IMG/VR virus record: IMGVR_UViG_3300030380_006185
Coordinates: 1 to 64,000 of that record
Source of the DNA: a virus
Direction: 5' to 3' (one strand)
DNA: 64,000 bases
Of this stretch, positions 38,812-49,157 are shown piece by piece (position 1 is the first letter of the stretch; every line of letters begins with the position of its first letter). The translations under genes and the position numbers were made by a program. Below the pieces are notes generated by a model that worked only from the letters and a program-made list of their open reading frames with translations, made no database searches and was not told the origin of the DNA.

Positions 38812-41358
38812 CTAGAGCAAACCTTTTTCGGTAAGAATCGTAATATATTCATCTACTTTTTTATTCATTTTAGGAACTACATACTCAGGTGTTATAATAA
38901 ACGGACCAGTTGAATTTTCTGGTTTGAATCCTTCCATAATAACTTGTGAAGCATCATCAACATATCTTCTAATTAAAAAGTGATCTAAGTTAAAAGCATC
39001 AAAACTGGCACTTATAGGTAAATTTTTATCAAATTGTACTTCTATTGAACCTGTTGGGGTAATTCTTGAACCAGCCCCTTCATTTGGACCATATACTTTT
39101 TTAACCATATATGTAAATCTTTCATCTCCCTCAAATCTAAATTCATCTCCATATTTAATAGACCAAGGTAAAGCAATAGGATTAAGACCAGAATTAGGTA
39201 CAGATTGTTGTCTAACATTTAAGTCACCATAAAGTGTTCCTAAGGATCCAGATACATCATCCGAAGAAGTTATTATATTTGGATAATTTGTTTTATCATA
39301 ATAACCCCATATGTCACTATTTGTTGTTTCTGATGGTATGATTAATGAAGTTGGAATTGGGTTTTGGGTAATTGAATAGTTACTCTGATCCAATATTGTT
39401 ATTCCTGGGAAGCTAGGGTGGAAAGCACCATTACCAGGGTCAGCTTGAATTTCAATTGATATTTGATCATTTTCACTAAGTTCAGAAGCTGGGATTGAGA
39501 GGGTAGTAGTGGGGATTGTGGCTAGTAAAGTAAAAGTTCCAAATGCTGTTGGGATTACATCTTTATTAAATCCTATTTCTATTTGGGTAAGACCTACTGT
39601 GTCATTATTTCTTTTTAAAATAACTCCTAAAGTAATATCAGAAGGGAATGGAGAATTGAGGAACCAAATCCAACCAATATCTAAATTAACAGTAAAATTT
39701 AATGTAATGTTTTCTTGTATGGCTCCTAAAGGAACTGTGTAATAACTATACTTTTCATTATTTGGACCGGTTACATTTGTTGTGATATAACTATACCCAC
39801 TATCTTGGTTTGGGGTTAATCTTATTCTTTGGGTTTTAAAATAAGATGGGGTACCCCCAGAATTTATAGTTTCTGCTACATATCCAGTGTTTTGAAAATC
39901 CCCTACAGCACTACCTGAGGTTGCTTGAATATCTACTAATTCAATCTCTGTCCATTGTGCTCCAGGTACACTACCACTTTGGGTAGATAGGATAGGTTCA
40001 AGCCTTTGTCCACCTCTAATTACTGTTCTAAAAGGTGTAGCTTCACCAGACCCAATAGTTTCAGAGCTTATTCTAAATCTTTCTCCAGTTTGAAAAGCAC
40101 CTTGTACATTAGATAAAGAATTTTCGGAAGTATTTGGAATTCCAATATTACCATCTTGGTCAATAATATATAAGATATGTGCTGTTGAGGCATTCATTCT
40201 TTCAGGAGGCCATCCACCTATAAAATCACAATATGCTACAACAGTTTTAAGACTTTCTACTGTTGGTGTTTTACCATAAGTTCCAGTATCTCCTTCTGTC
40301 CAAGTATTTAATTCTTGAGAGGTTGATTTTGAACCTATATAACGTGGTATTATATGTCTACGAGTTGTATAGTTTGAAAATTGTACTTCAGCTCTTGTAG
40401 CACTCCCACTTATTAATAAATCAAAATTAACAGGTTCATTTACCCCAGCAGAATAATCAATATCTTGATATAAATTATGTCTTCTAACTCTTTCAGCATT
40501 ATTTAATAAGGGTTGACAATCAAGTGCTCTATTAAAATCATTTGAACCAAAATATGGTTCTGCAACTAGTCCAACTTGTTGACCTGTTGCATTTGAAGAG
40601 GAAATTGTAAAGGTTGTATCTGAGGTAAAAGAAGCAGTTACTTGTTCATTTCCTGAAGTAGGGAAAGCACCCAAAGCTGCAAATAAAGAATCTCCAGGCT
40701 GCAAACTTGAAGATAATGAAGCAGATATATGGAAACTTGATGTTATTGGGAGAGTTTTATTTAAAGTAAAAGATTGTTTTGAAGAAGGAATACTATAAGG
40801 GGAGGATTGAAGTAATATAGGTTCAACTCCATCTTTTTTTAAGAGAACTAATGCAACTTCAGATGATACACCAAATCCACTAGTAAAGGGTTCAAACATT
40901 ACTGATCCTGAAAAATTAATTTGGAGGGTTTCTTGGGGGTAGGTTAAAAGTCTATATGTATTTAAAGAATTATTATTATCAAAATTAGTAGAAGGCCCAA
41001 GATTTAAAAAATTTAAATTATCATTTGAAGAAGATATTATAGGAAACTTAATATATAAATCAGGTGCACCTGACATATCTTGGGTAGTTTGATATCTTTT
41101 AGATGAATTTAAAATGGATCCTGTAAAATCATATTTTATTTCAGCTCTATCATCCCATTCAACTCCTGCAAGATTTACATAATATAGAAAGAATGTTAAT
41201 CTTTCGGTTATGTTAATAACAGTATATGTAATGTCCCCTGTACTATAAGGTATAGTTATCTTATTAAGAGATTGAAGAGTAGGAGTTTGGTCAACTCCAT
41301 TCTTATCTATTCTAGATATTTTTATATATCTTATTCCATCATTATTTAAAGAGGGCAT
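38812..41358 (-). CDS. Large tail/baseplate structural protein
   Basis: S/G/T-rich beta composition within baseplate cluster. Confidence 0.55.
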   Translation of the reverse strand: MPSLNNDGIRYIKISRIDKNGVDQTPTLQSLNKITIPYSTGDITYTVINITERLTFFLYYVNLAGVEWDDRAEIKYDFTGSILNSSKRYQTTQDMSGAPDLYIKFPIISSSNDNLNFLNLGPSTNFDNNNSLNTYRLLTYPQETLQINFSGSVMFEPFTSGFGVSSEVALVLLKKDGVEPILLQSSPYSIPSSKQSFTLNKTLPITSSFHISASLSSSLQPGDSLFAALGAFPTSGNEQVTASFTSDTTFTISSSNATGQQVGLVAEPYFGSNDFNRALDCQPLLNNAERVRRHNLYQDIDYSAGVNEPVNFDLLISGSATRAEVQFSNYTTRRHIIPRYIGSKSTSQELNTWTEGDTGTYGKTPTVESLKTVVAYCDFIGGWPPERMNASTAHILYIIDQDGNIGIPNTSENSLSNVQGAFQTGERFRISSETIGSGEATPFRTVIRGGQRLEPILSTQSGSVPGAQWTEIELVDIQATSGSAVGDFQNTGYVAETINSGGTPSYFKTQRIRLTPNQDSGYSYITTNVTGPNNEKYSYYTVPLGAIQENITLNFTVNLDIGWIWFLNSPFPSDITLGVILKRNNDTVGLTQIEIGFNKDVIPTAFGTFTLLATIPTTTLSIPASELSENDQISIEIQADPGNGAFHPSFPGITILDQSNYSITQNPIPTSLIIPSETTNSDIWGYYDKTNYPNIITSSDDVSGSLGTLYGDLNVRQQSVPNSGLNPIALPWSIKYGDEFRFEGDERFTYMVKKVYGPNEGAGSRITPTGSIEVQFDKNLPISASFDAFNLDHFLIRRYVDDASQVIMEGFKPENSTGPFIITPEYVVPKMNKKVDEYITILTEKGLL

Positions 41359-41376
41359 TCTGTTTTATTTTTAAAA

Positions 41377-44300
41377 TTACATAACATCATTAGGGTCAGG
41401 GACAGGGAGTGGAAATTCTGTTTTAGTATAATACATTGATACATATCCATTTGTAGGGTGATTATTATCACTCATCCATTCACCAAATAAATAATTTTCA
41501 CCTGAAACACTTCCACTGTAAACTCTTACGCCATTATATTCTATTGCTCTTGGGTTAATTTTTTTATAAGGATCACATCCAGCATTAAAGTTTTGAGTTG
41601 AAACAACTATATGTGAGCCACTTAATTCTCCATTATAAAATTCTTCTTGTGAATCATGAAATGTTGTAACTGAGCCTGATATAGTTTCAACTGTTTCGTA
41701 CCAACTTTGAGAAGTATTAGTTACAGTATTAAATTCATTAAATACACCTGCGGCACCACCTGAAATTGCAACCATATCAATTGATGCAGTATAGATTTCA
41801 TTTTCAAAAGATAATTGTGGTTGTGGGTATTTATTTCTTTCTAATAAATGTTGTTTTACAACTACACCAGAGGCAAGGCTTGTACGTGCAGGTACAAAAT
41901 CTTTAATCATTTTAAATAAAGAATTATCAAAAAACTTTATTAAACGTATAAAATCTTTTAAATTGTAATTCTTTGTATATTTTTCAAAATAATCATTTCT
42001 TAAATTATCTAAATCAGGGTATGAAGTAGCTGATGAGGATCTTAATCTTGGGTCACCAATATAATCACCCATATTAAAATACCCAATTTGGTCCATTATA
42101 TCTTCATTTATCTCATTTGTAGGAGAAAATGCTACCTCTAAATAATTTATACCAGGAGTATAACTTTGAGATACATTTGCCATTTGGGATAATGACATAA
42201 ATGGTGATAAAGTATTACCTTCAGGTATTACATTATTTTCAATTCTAATTTTATCTTTAATTATATTTCTTAAACCAGCTACAGGTTGATCTGCAAAAAA
42301 TGTTTCTACATTAGGTACAAATGTTGGTGTTGTATTAAAATAAAAATTACTATCACTTCCATCAGTAAAAGATTGAGTTATAGCCCATGAACCTGTTATT
42401 TTTGGGTGTATTGAAACTGATCCTGTGTAAAGTTCTCCCCCTAAAGATGCTCTAAAAATCAATTCATCAGGTGAACTATTTATTGTATTACCCTCAATTG
42501 AGTGAGGATTCATTACATAGTCTTTAAATACACTCTCACTAATAGGAACAGTATAATATCTAATTTCTTGTAAAGATCCTGAAAATGGGGTGTAGGAATT
42601 TCCATTTATAGTACTACTAGAAGCAAAAATAGAAGGAACTACATTAAGATCCCAATCTGAACCATCAACCTGGGTTGTAAATGATTCAATAAAACCAATT
42701 TGGGTTCCATTATTTCCCTCTTTATATGTTTTATTAGCAGCAATCAACTTAAATTCATCAGTACTTCCTACAGTTCTATTAATCATTACAGACCACCAAT
42801 CTCCATCAAAAAATGGTAAATATACACTACAAGAAACTGTGGGGTTACTTGTATATGAAGGATAAAAATCTAAATAAGCATATTGGTAATAAGGGTCTAT
42901 AATTGACCCAGAATAAGAAGCACTTGTATAAGCAGATCCTGTGTATCTTAAAACTAAATGAGAGTTGTTATTTTTATTCCATAAACTTTGAGAATAAGGA
43001 ATATTGGATGTAGGTAAACCATTAGTTTTAAATCTAAATACTACAGTGTCAGGTACATCAGATGCACTATTCCAAGGTGAAGAAGCATCCCATGAAGAAG
43101 TAATAAAATTATCTCCATCAGTTTTAAAAGCATAATTAAATTCTCTTTGCCAATGATCCCAATCATTTACATTAATCTTATCTTTGCCTCCATATTCGTT
43201 TATTCTTAATATTGTATCAGGAATACCATAAGAAGTTATAAGAGCGCGCAAACCAGGTATAGTACCTTTTGCTTTTAATAAGTATGGTATGTTATGATAA
43301 ATTCGTTTATATAACGACTTATTTACATCATCTAATGGTATAATATCATTAGAAGCAGATATTAAAGTATTAACATACTCAAACCCAGTTGGGGTAGGTA
43401 ATGATCCTGTTATGTTTGGGAATGGGAATAATCCTCCATCAGGTGTTAATCCTAAAAATGCTGTGTATAAATCATCATTTGAAAAGTTATTTTGGTATAA
43501 TTTAACCCCAAAATCTTTAATAGCATCAGAAACTATATCTTTTGATATACCTTGATTTAAACGGTTATCAGCATCATATTTTTGGGTTAATTCTTTATGA
43601 TAAATCCAAATATTATCATAGTGCTGGGCAACCATATCAACAAATAGTTCATATTGTGCATTATTTGGGTCATTTCTTAAATATTCAGGAATAGAAAATT
43701 TAAGATTATCTTTATTATCCCTATCAAATAATGAAGCTGAGAGTGTTAATCCACCATATATAGGGCTATCTTCATTTGAGCTCCCAAACCAACTAACAAC
43801 TTCGGGGCTGGATATTTTTGCTAATTCATATGGTTTAGTAGATGTAGTTTTAGGCCAAGCATATGAACTACTTTCATAATATAAATAATAATCATACCCA
43901 TCAAAATTTTTAATTATATTACTAATTTTGCTTTCATAAACAGCTTTACTTCCACTTGTATCAGCAGAGGAGGTTGTATTATCTAAGGTTGATATTGATG
44001 AAGAGTATGACTCTAATAAACTAACTTTGTAATAAAAATTTTCTAATCTAGTTTGAGCTGAACTAAAGTGAGTAAATTCTGGGAATTTGGTGTAATCTAT
44101 ATTTATATTAATTTCTTTTTTATCTAATAAATGATTTATTTGATTTAAAGAACTTGTTTGTTGGGTTAAAAGTAAAGAAGAATAAGAAAGTAAATCAGTT
44201 GAATTATTTACTTGGTCTTTTAAGTCTATATTAAAATTAGGTCCACCTATATTAACTGTATCTTTAATTATTATAGGATCATCTTCAAAAATTACTTGGT

Positions 44301-44946
44301 AAGCTCTTGGTTCTTCAACTGTGGTTACTATCCATAAAGTAGAATTAACATCTAAATCTTCTGGTAGTGGGGAATAGAGTTTAACTAAAATAGAAGGATT
44401 ATCAGGATTGCTATTTTCTAAATCTAGATTATTAGCTATATATAAATTATTAACTCCAAAATTTAAATAAAAATCTAAAAAATATTCACTATTTTCTCTT
44501 TCTTGTATAAATTGTAAAGACTGTTCAACTAAGTCTAAATTAGATAAACTATTACTACTTAATCTTAATTCCGTTCTGTCGGGAGATATTGAAGATATAT
44601 ATAATAATTGTAAGTTTGAGCCTATTTTTTTATTTAAAAAATTAAAATAAGTATTATATTCCCCAATACTTTCAAAATTCTTTTCTACAGCTTTACTTGG
44701 AAAAAGTTGAATAGTAGAAAGATCACCTGTAAGAGCAGATTGTCCATTATTTAAAACAGTATAATCTAAAAAATTATAATTTTCAAAAGATATATTATTA
44801 GAATTATCATATACAAAAAACTCTACATAACTTTGAGAAGTAAAAGAAGTTGGAATTTCATTAGATGATATTAAGTTTACTTCACTTTCTGAGTAGAGTT
44901 GTTGGGTAAAACTTAAAGGATCTATTTCAATTACTTGACTTGACAT
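41377..44946 (-). CDS. Baseplate wedge protein (gp7/P2 gpI-like core plus LamG-like region)
   Basis: NIPYLLKAKGTIPGLRALITSYGIP...INEY; SGSLQEIRYY; IKDFVPAR. Confidence 0.7.
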   Translation of the reverse strand: MSSQVIEIDPLSFTQQLYSESEVNLISSNEIPTSFTSQSYVEFFVYDNSNNISFENYNFLDYTVLNNGQSALTGDLSTIQLFPSKAVEKNFESIGEYNTYFNFLNKKIGSNLQLLYISSISPDRTELRLSSNSLSNLDLVEQSLQFIQERENSEYFLDFYLNFGVNNLYIANNLDLENSNPDNPSILVKLYSPLPEDLDVNSTLWIVTTVEEPRAYQVIFEDDPIIIKDTVNIGGPNFNIDLKDQVNNSTDLLSYSSLLLTQQTSSLNQINHLLDKKEININIDYTKFPEFTHFSSAQTRLENFYYKVSLLESYSSSISTLDNTTSSADTSGSKAVYESKISNIIKNFDGYDYYLYYESSSYAWPKTTSTKPYELAKISSPEVVSWFGSSNEDSPIYGGLTLSASLFDRDNKDNLKFSIPEYLRNDPNNAQYELFVDMVAQHYDNIWIYHKELTQKYDADNRLNQGISKDIVSDAIKDFGVKLYQNNFSNDDLYTAFLGLTPDGGLFPFPNITGSLPTPTGFEYVNTLISASNDIIPLDDVNKSLYKRIYHNIPYLLKAKGTIPGLRALITSYGIPDTILRINEYGGKDKINVNDWDHWQREFNYAFKTDGDNFITSSWDASSPWNSASDVPDTVVFRFKTNGLPTSNIPYSQSLWNKNNNSHLVLRYTGSAYTSASYSGSIIDPYYQYAYLDFYPSYTSNPTVSCSVYLPFFDGDWWSVMINRTVGSTDEFKLIAANKTYKEGNNGTQIGFIESFTTQVDGSDWDLNVVPSIFASSSTINGNSYTPFSGSLQEIRYYTVPISESVFKDYVMNPHSIEGNTINSSPDELIFRASLGGELYTGSVSIHPKITGSWAITQSFTDGSDSNFYFNTTPTFVPNVETFFADQPVAGLRNIIKDKIRIENNVIPEGNTLSPFMSLSQMANVSQSYTPGINYLEVAFSPTNEINEDIMDQIGYFNMGDYIGDPRLRSSSATSYPDLDNLRNDYFEKYTKNYNLKDFIRLIKFFDNSLFKMIKDFVPARTSLASGVVVKQHLLERNKYPQPQLSFENEIYTASIDMVAISGGAAGVFNEFNTVTNTSQSWYETVETISGSVTTFHDSQEEFYNGELSGSHIVVSTQNFNAGCDPYKKINPRAIEYNGVRVYSGSVSGENYLFGEWMSDNNHPTNGYVSMYYTKTEFPLPVPDPNDVM

Positions 44947-44962
44947 TTTTTATTTAAATATT

Positions 44963-45388
44963 TTAGTATTCACTTCCAGCTGAGTTTCTAGTATTTGTTA
45001 AGGAACTTAAATTTAATGAAGTGTTATTAGATAATTCATCTAGATTAATATTTGTTTGATTTTCGATTGAAGTTTTTTGAATATTTAATAATTCAGTTCG
45101 TAATTGAGCTATTTCATTTTGAAGAGCTTCTATGATTTCATTTTGTTCTTCAAAACCTATATATTCACTGCTTTTTTTAATTAAATACTCATGAGAATTT
45201 ATAGGTCCTAATTCATTTATACTATAAAATAACTCATCATATAGTTGAAAAAATTCTTCAACAGTAGGAACTTGTTCAAGTTGTTCTTGTATAGTTTTAA
45301 CCCCTAATTGTTTAAAAGAAGTATCAATAATTCTCTCATATTGTGCTTTATTAAATACTTGTTTATTAAATTCTACATTTTTACTCAT
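44963..45388 (-). CDS. Baseplate-cluster protein
   Basis: FFQLYDELFY...SHEYL plus coiled coil; context. Confidence 0.55.
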   Translation of the reverse strand: MSKNVEFNKQVFNKAQYERIIDTSFKQLGVKTIQEQLEQVPTVEEFFQLYDELFYSINELGPINSHEYLIKKSSEYIGFEEQNEIIEALQNEIAQLRTELLNIQKTSIENQTNINLDELSNNTSLNLSSLTNTRNSAGSEY

Positions 45389-46509
45389 CCGTTAATAACT
45401 TTAAAATAATAATCATCATCAAGTATTAAAGTAGAACCACCAATTTCAGTTTTAATTAAAACTTTATAATATCTTTCAGGTTCTAAACCACTCATATAAA
45501 CATCAAAATAATTTCCTCTATTATCAGAAGAAATTTGGGTATATTTAGTATCGAAATTAATAACAAATTCGTTAGTAGCCAAGTCTTTTATTGCATAAAA
45601 TGAAGAAGAAGGTAAATAGTTTGTATTTGTAAATAAAGAACTTGTTTGATAAGTTCGAGTAGGATATAAAGGACTTACATTTATATAAAATCTATTTATA
45701 CTACTAGGAAAAAATTCACCTGGATTATCATCAAGAGATAATTTGATTTGTTTAGTTGACACAATGGAAGAGGAATCAGGGGTTATTGTAGTATAATCCC
45801 TCCATCTAAATTCTAATTGGGGAGGATAGATTGTATTTGTATCTACACTGTAGTATTTGAGGATAGGTTGATTATCCAAATTTGAATCAAATTCAGAACT
45901 TGAGCTTAATTTTGTTAAAAACCCATAATTAGGGATAGATCCACTATACCATAAATTCACAACATCTTTTACATTTAACTCTAAATCTTTTTCAGATCTT
46001 AATCCAAATGATTCTGTAATTTGGGGAATTAAAGTTGAAGATGTAAACCAAGAACCGCCACCTTGTGATGAAAGTGTTGAATCAAATGAACCTGTATATC
46101 CATATCCATTGATACTACCACTCATATTCCAAATACTTGATCCTGAGGTGTTTCTGTAAGACCAAGAGGCTCCATCTGTTACATTGGGTATATCTAAATA
46201 ATGCCCTGTTCCATTATTCCAAGATTGGGCTAAAGGAAAAATTTCTAATTCTACATCAGTATTAATACCTTGAGCTGTTGAGATATTGTTTTGTAAATAA
46301 ACATCAAATTCACTTCCTGAGATTTTATTATTAATAATATCTTGGATTTCGGTTGTATCAAATTCAATTAAATATCTTGATATAATAGGATTACCATCTA
46401 TATTTATAGTATTTGATGCTTCTAAAATAGCATCTAATCCTGTATTCATAGTAGGGTAATATGAATATAATGTAGTATCCTTAGTAGGGAATATTTTATA
46501 AACGGCCAT
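45385..46509 (-). CDS. Virion structural protein (DNRLRE-like beta sandwich)
   Basis: KDTTLY...NTGLD.ILE...SRYLIEFD...NYGF. Confidence 0.55.
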   Translation of the reverse strand: MAVYKIFPTKDTTLYSYYPTMNTGLDAILEASNTINIDGNPIISRYLIEFDTTEIQDIINNKISGSEFDVYLQNNISTAQGINTDVELEIFPLAQSWNNGTGHYLDIPNVTDGASWSYRNTSGSSIWNMSGSINGYGYTGSFDSTLSSQGGGSWFTSSTLIPQITESFGLRSEKDLELNVKDVVNLWYSGSIPNYGFLTKLSSSSEFDSNLDNQPILKYYSVDTNTIYPPQLEFRWRDYTTITPDSSSIVSTKQIKLSLDDNPGEFFPSSINRFYINVSPLYPTRTYQTSSLFTNTNYLPSSSFYAIKDLATNEFVINFDTKYTQISSDNRGNYFDVYMSGLEPERYYKVLIKTEIGGSTLILDDDYYFKVING

Positions 46510-46523
46510 TTATAATATTTTAT

Positions 46524-46531
46524 TATAAATA
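46524..46531 (-). promoter_or_regulatory. Late promoter motif TATTTATA
   Basis: Upstream of ATG 46509. Confidence 0.7.
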
Positions 46532-46536
46532 TATAA

Positions 46537-48384
46537 TTACAAAGGAACTACTCTACCTTTAATATCTTCATTAGGGTATCTAACCTCAAATATACTAGGA
46601 TCTAAAGAAGGATATATGGTTTTGAATTGAGTAGCTGCATCTATATCATAAGCATATTGAGAATATCCTGTAGTAGTACCAGCTTTATTAAATATTTTTA
46701 AGTCTTTAACTGTTTGTACTCCTTCAATTTTATCTAGCAAAATAAATAAATCTTTTAAAAATATAGGTTGGTTTAATTGCCAATTATCTCTATTAAAATA
46801 TTGTTGAAGAGAAGAAATACATTTAGTTAAAACATTATTATTATTATAATTAGGTAATACTATAATTTCAAACTCAATACCTATGTTTATAATATAGGCA
46901 TCTTTAATTTCAATATTATCACCTATAATCCTGTATTGTGATAAATAAGTTCGTAAATTTTGTTTTAAAGTATTTCCTGCATAATCAAACTGTCCTTGGG
47001 AATTTTGGGTAAGAACATACAAACAAAGAGTTTCTATTGTAGAAATTTGTCTATCGGTGATTTTTGGTTTTTCAATATATGCTTTAGTTACTGAACCATA
47101 ATCAGATGGCATACTTAATGCTCTAATTAAATAATCTTCTGAAGTAACTGATCTTTTTTGGGAGGAAATTAATGATAAAGTATTTTGTCTAATTTCTTCT
47201 AATGTATCTCCTCCTTTACCTCCTGTGGCTGCTAATAAATTATTAACAGATACAGAATTAAATATGTATTCTGCTGTTGTAGAATTTAAGTTTTGTTTAT
47301 TAAAAAACACACCATTAGTATTGGATATATTTGTAATAGTATTAGCTTCAACATTTGAATTAACACCTCCTCCTTCTAAATATCTTACTGTTAAAGTAGT
47401 GTTAGCTGGGGCTATACCATAAGTTCCGGTGTATAAGAAGTTAGTAGGAGAATAAGCAGAAGTTAATTTATCTTGTTTAAATGGTAAACCTAAACCTACA
47501 TTATTAGGGTTAGGAACAATTTCTTCAGTTGTATCATTAGGAGAACCAACACCAAATTGGATTTGAATTTCATTTAAAGATTTAATTCTTGTAGAAAATC
47601 TCCTTTGAGTTTTTAATAATTTTAAGATATATGGAATATTATTTTCTTTATTAGGGTAATTAATGTTAGTATTAGAAACAGAATTAAAAACCATTTCTTG
47701 TCCTAAATGATCTACCTCATACCATAAATTCCCATCACTATCTTTTATATCTAAAATCTTTATAAAATTATTTGAATTAAAATTTACTGTTGTGAATGGT
47801 TCAGGAGTAGTAAAACTAAAAGAAACAGTTTTAACAGTTGAAGAAATAACATTTCTGTTTTTCTTTAAAAGATAATATTGGGGTTGGTTTCCTGAGATTT
47901 GGTAAACTGTTATTTCTGTAGGGTCTTGGGAGCTAGAGACTGAAAAGTCTATTTTGTCTCCTAAAATAAAATTAGTAGAAATTGATGATAGTTGTGTATT
48001 TTCGTTTATACTTAAAGCATAATCAAAATCAGGGACAATACTAGATCCTGAAGTTTTCGAAGGGATTTGTTGGTAAAAACTAACAACAACTTGAGATGCA
48101 GAAGAAAGTTTTGGTTTATAACCAAGCATATATGCTAATTCAAATATATTATTTGATTGTCTAGCATATTGTATGAAATTTTCTTGGATTTGATTATCTA
48201 GATAAAAACTTAAAACATCTCCTACATATGAAGCTTGTTCCATAAACATCATCCCTAAAGAAACAGGTGTAAAATCATTAAAAGTTTGAGGAAAATATGT
48301 TTTAGAATAATCTATTAACCTAGACCTAAAACTATTAAAATCTCTATTAATATACTTTATATCTCGTTTTAATTCATTAGCCAT
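46537..48384 (-). CDS. Baseplate wedge subunit (T4 gp6/P2 gpJ family)
   Basis: RDF, YVGDVLSFYLD, LAYMLGYKP, IQFG.G, ATGG.GGDTLEEIR, RSVT.EDY. Confidence 0.9.
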   Translation of the reverse strand: MANELKRDIKYINRDFNSFRSRLIDYSKTYFPQTFNDFTPVSLGMMFMEQASYVGDVLSFYLDNQIQENFIQYARQSNNIFELAYMLGYKPKLSSASQVVVSFYQQIPSKTSGSSIVPDFDYALSINENTQLSSISTNFILGDKIDFSVSSSQDPTEITVYQISGNQPQYYLLKKNRNVISSTVKTVSFSFTTPEPFTTVNFNSNNFIKILDIKDSDGNLWYEVDHLGQEMVFNSVSNTNINYPNKENNIPYILKLLKTQRRFSTRIKSLNEIQIQFGVGSPNDTTEEIVPNPNNVGLGLPFKQDKLTSAYSPTNFLYTGTYGIAPANTTLTVRYLEGGGVNSNVEANTITNISNTNGVFFNKQNLNSTTAEYIFNSVSVNNLLAATGGKGGDTLEEIRQNTLSLISSQKRSVTSEDYLIRALSMPSDYGSVTKAYIEKPKITDRQISTIETLCLYVLTQNSQGQFDYAGNTLKQNLRTYLSQYRIIGDNIEIKDAYIINIGIEFEIIVLPNYNNNNVLTKCISSLQQYFNRDNWQLNQPIFLKDLFILLDKIEGVQTVKDLKIFNKAGTTTGYSQYAYDIDAATQFKTIYPSLDPSIFEVRYPNEDIKGRVVPL

Positions 48385-48385
48385 T

Positions 48386-48790
48386 TTATAAATCTATTAT
48401 TATTTCATCAGAAATATTAGTACTAGGTACTGAGTACTTTATATTAATTGTTATTCTATTTTCTTCTGAATTTCCTGTTAATACAACATCATTAATATTT
48501 AAATTTGGGAAATTTGAATTTAATTTGTTATTAATATCTTCTCTTAAAAAATCTAAACTTTCACTATTAATTTGTTCAAAAATAAATTCTCTTAATCCAC
48601 CCCCAAATCCAGGATTAAGATATCTTTCTCCAGGATTTGTAAGAAAATAATTAATTAAACTACTTTTAATAGCATCTTTAGTTTGAAAATTTGGTTTAAA
48701 TACAGCATTACCATTTAAAGGAAGATTAATCCCTACAGCAATACTGTTATCTAAGTCTAAAGGATTTATTTGTCTAGCACCAAATGCCAT
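48386..48790 (-). CDS. Baseplate sheath initiator (gp25/gpW family)
   Basis: AIKSSLINYFLTNPGERYLNPGFGGGL..FIFE. Confidence 0.9.
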   Translation of the reverse strand: MAFGARQINPLDLDNSIAVGINLPLNGNAVFKPNFQTKDAIKSSLINYFLTNPGERYLNPGFGGGLREFIFEQINSESLDFLREDINNKLNSNFPNLNINDVVLTGNSEENRITINIKYSVPSTNISDEIIIDL

Positions 48791-49137
48791 TATTTAGTAT
48801 TTAAAAGTCCCATTATTGTGTCCATTCCAACTTCACCATTACCTAAATTTCCATTTACAGGATCTACTCCTTGTGGGTTAAAAGAAGAAACATCTCTACT
48901 AGTCATACTTATAGCAGTTTCACCTACTATATCAGCGTATTTTTGCTTAATATCCATAGTAGGTTCTGTATAAGTTGGTTTTGGTGATGGTGGTGGAGTT
49001 GTATTAGGTTGTATAGACTCTCTTACAATTTGTGTTTTAGGAGTTTTAACAGCTTCTAATAAAATATCCTTCAATTCATCTTGAATTGCTTCTTTTACTG
49101 CTTCTTTAATTAATTTTTTAAGTACTTCGGTTTTCAT
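48790..49137 (-). CDS. Hypothetical late protein with LIKE leader
   Basis: MKTEVLKKLIKEAVKE; own late-promoter motif. Confidence 0.55.
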   Translation of the reverse strand: MKTEVLKKLIKEAVKEAIQDELKDILLEAVKTPKTQIVRESIQPNTTPPPSPKPTYTEPTMDIKQKYADIVGETAISMTSRDVSSFNPQGVDPVNGNLGNGEVGMDTIMGLLNTK

Positions 49138-49144
49138 ATGTGTT

Positions 49145-49152
49145 TATAAATA
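49145..49152 (-). promoter_or_regulatory. Late promoter motif TATTTATA
   Basis: Upstream of ATG 49137. Confidence 0.7.
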
Positions 49153-49157
49153 TAGGG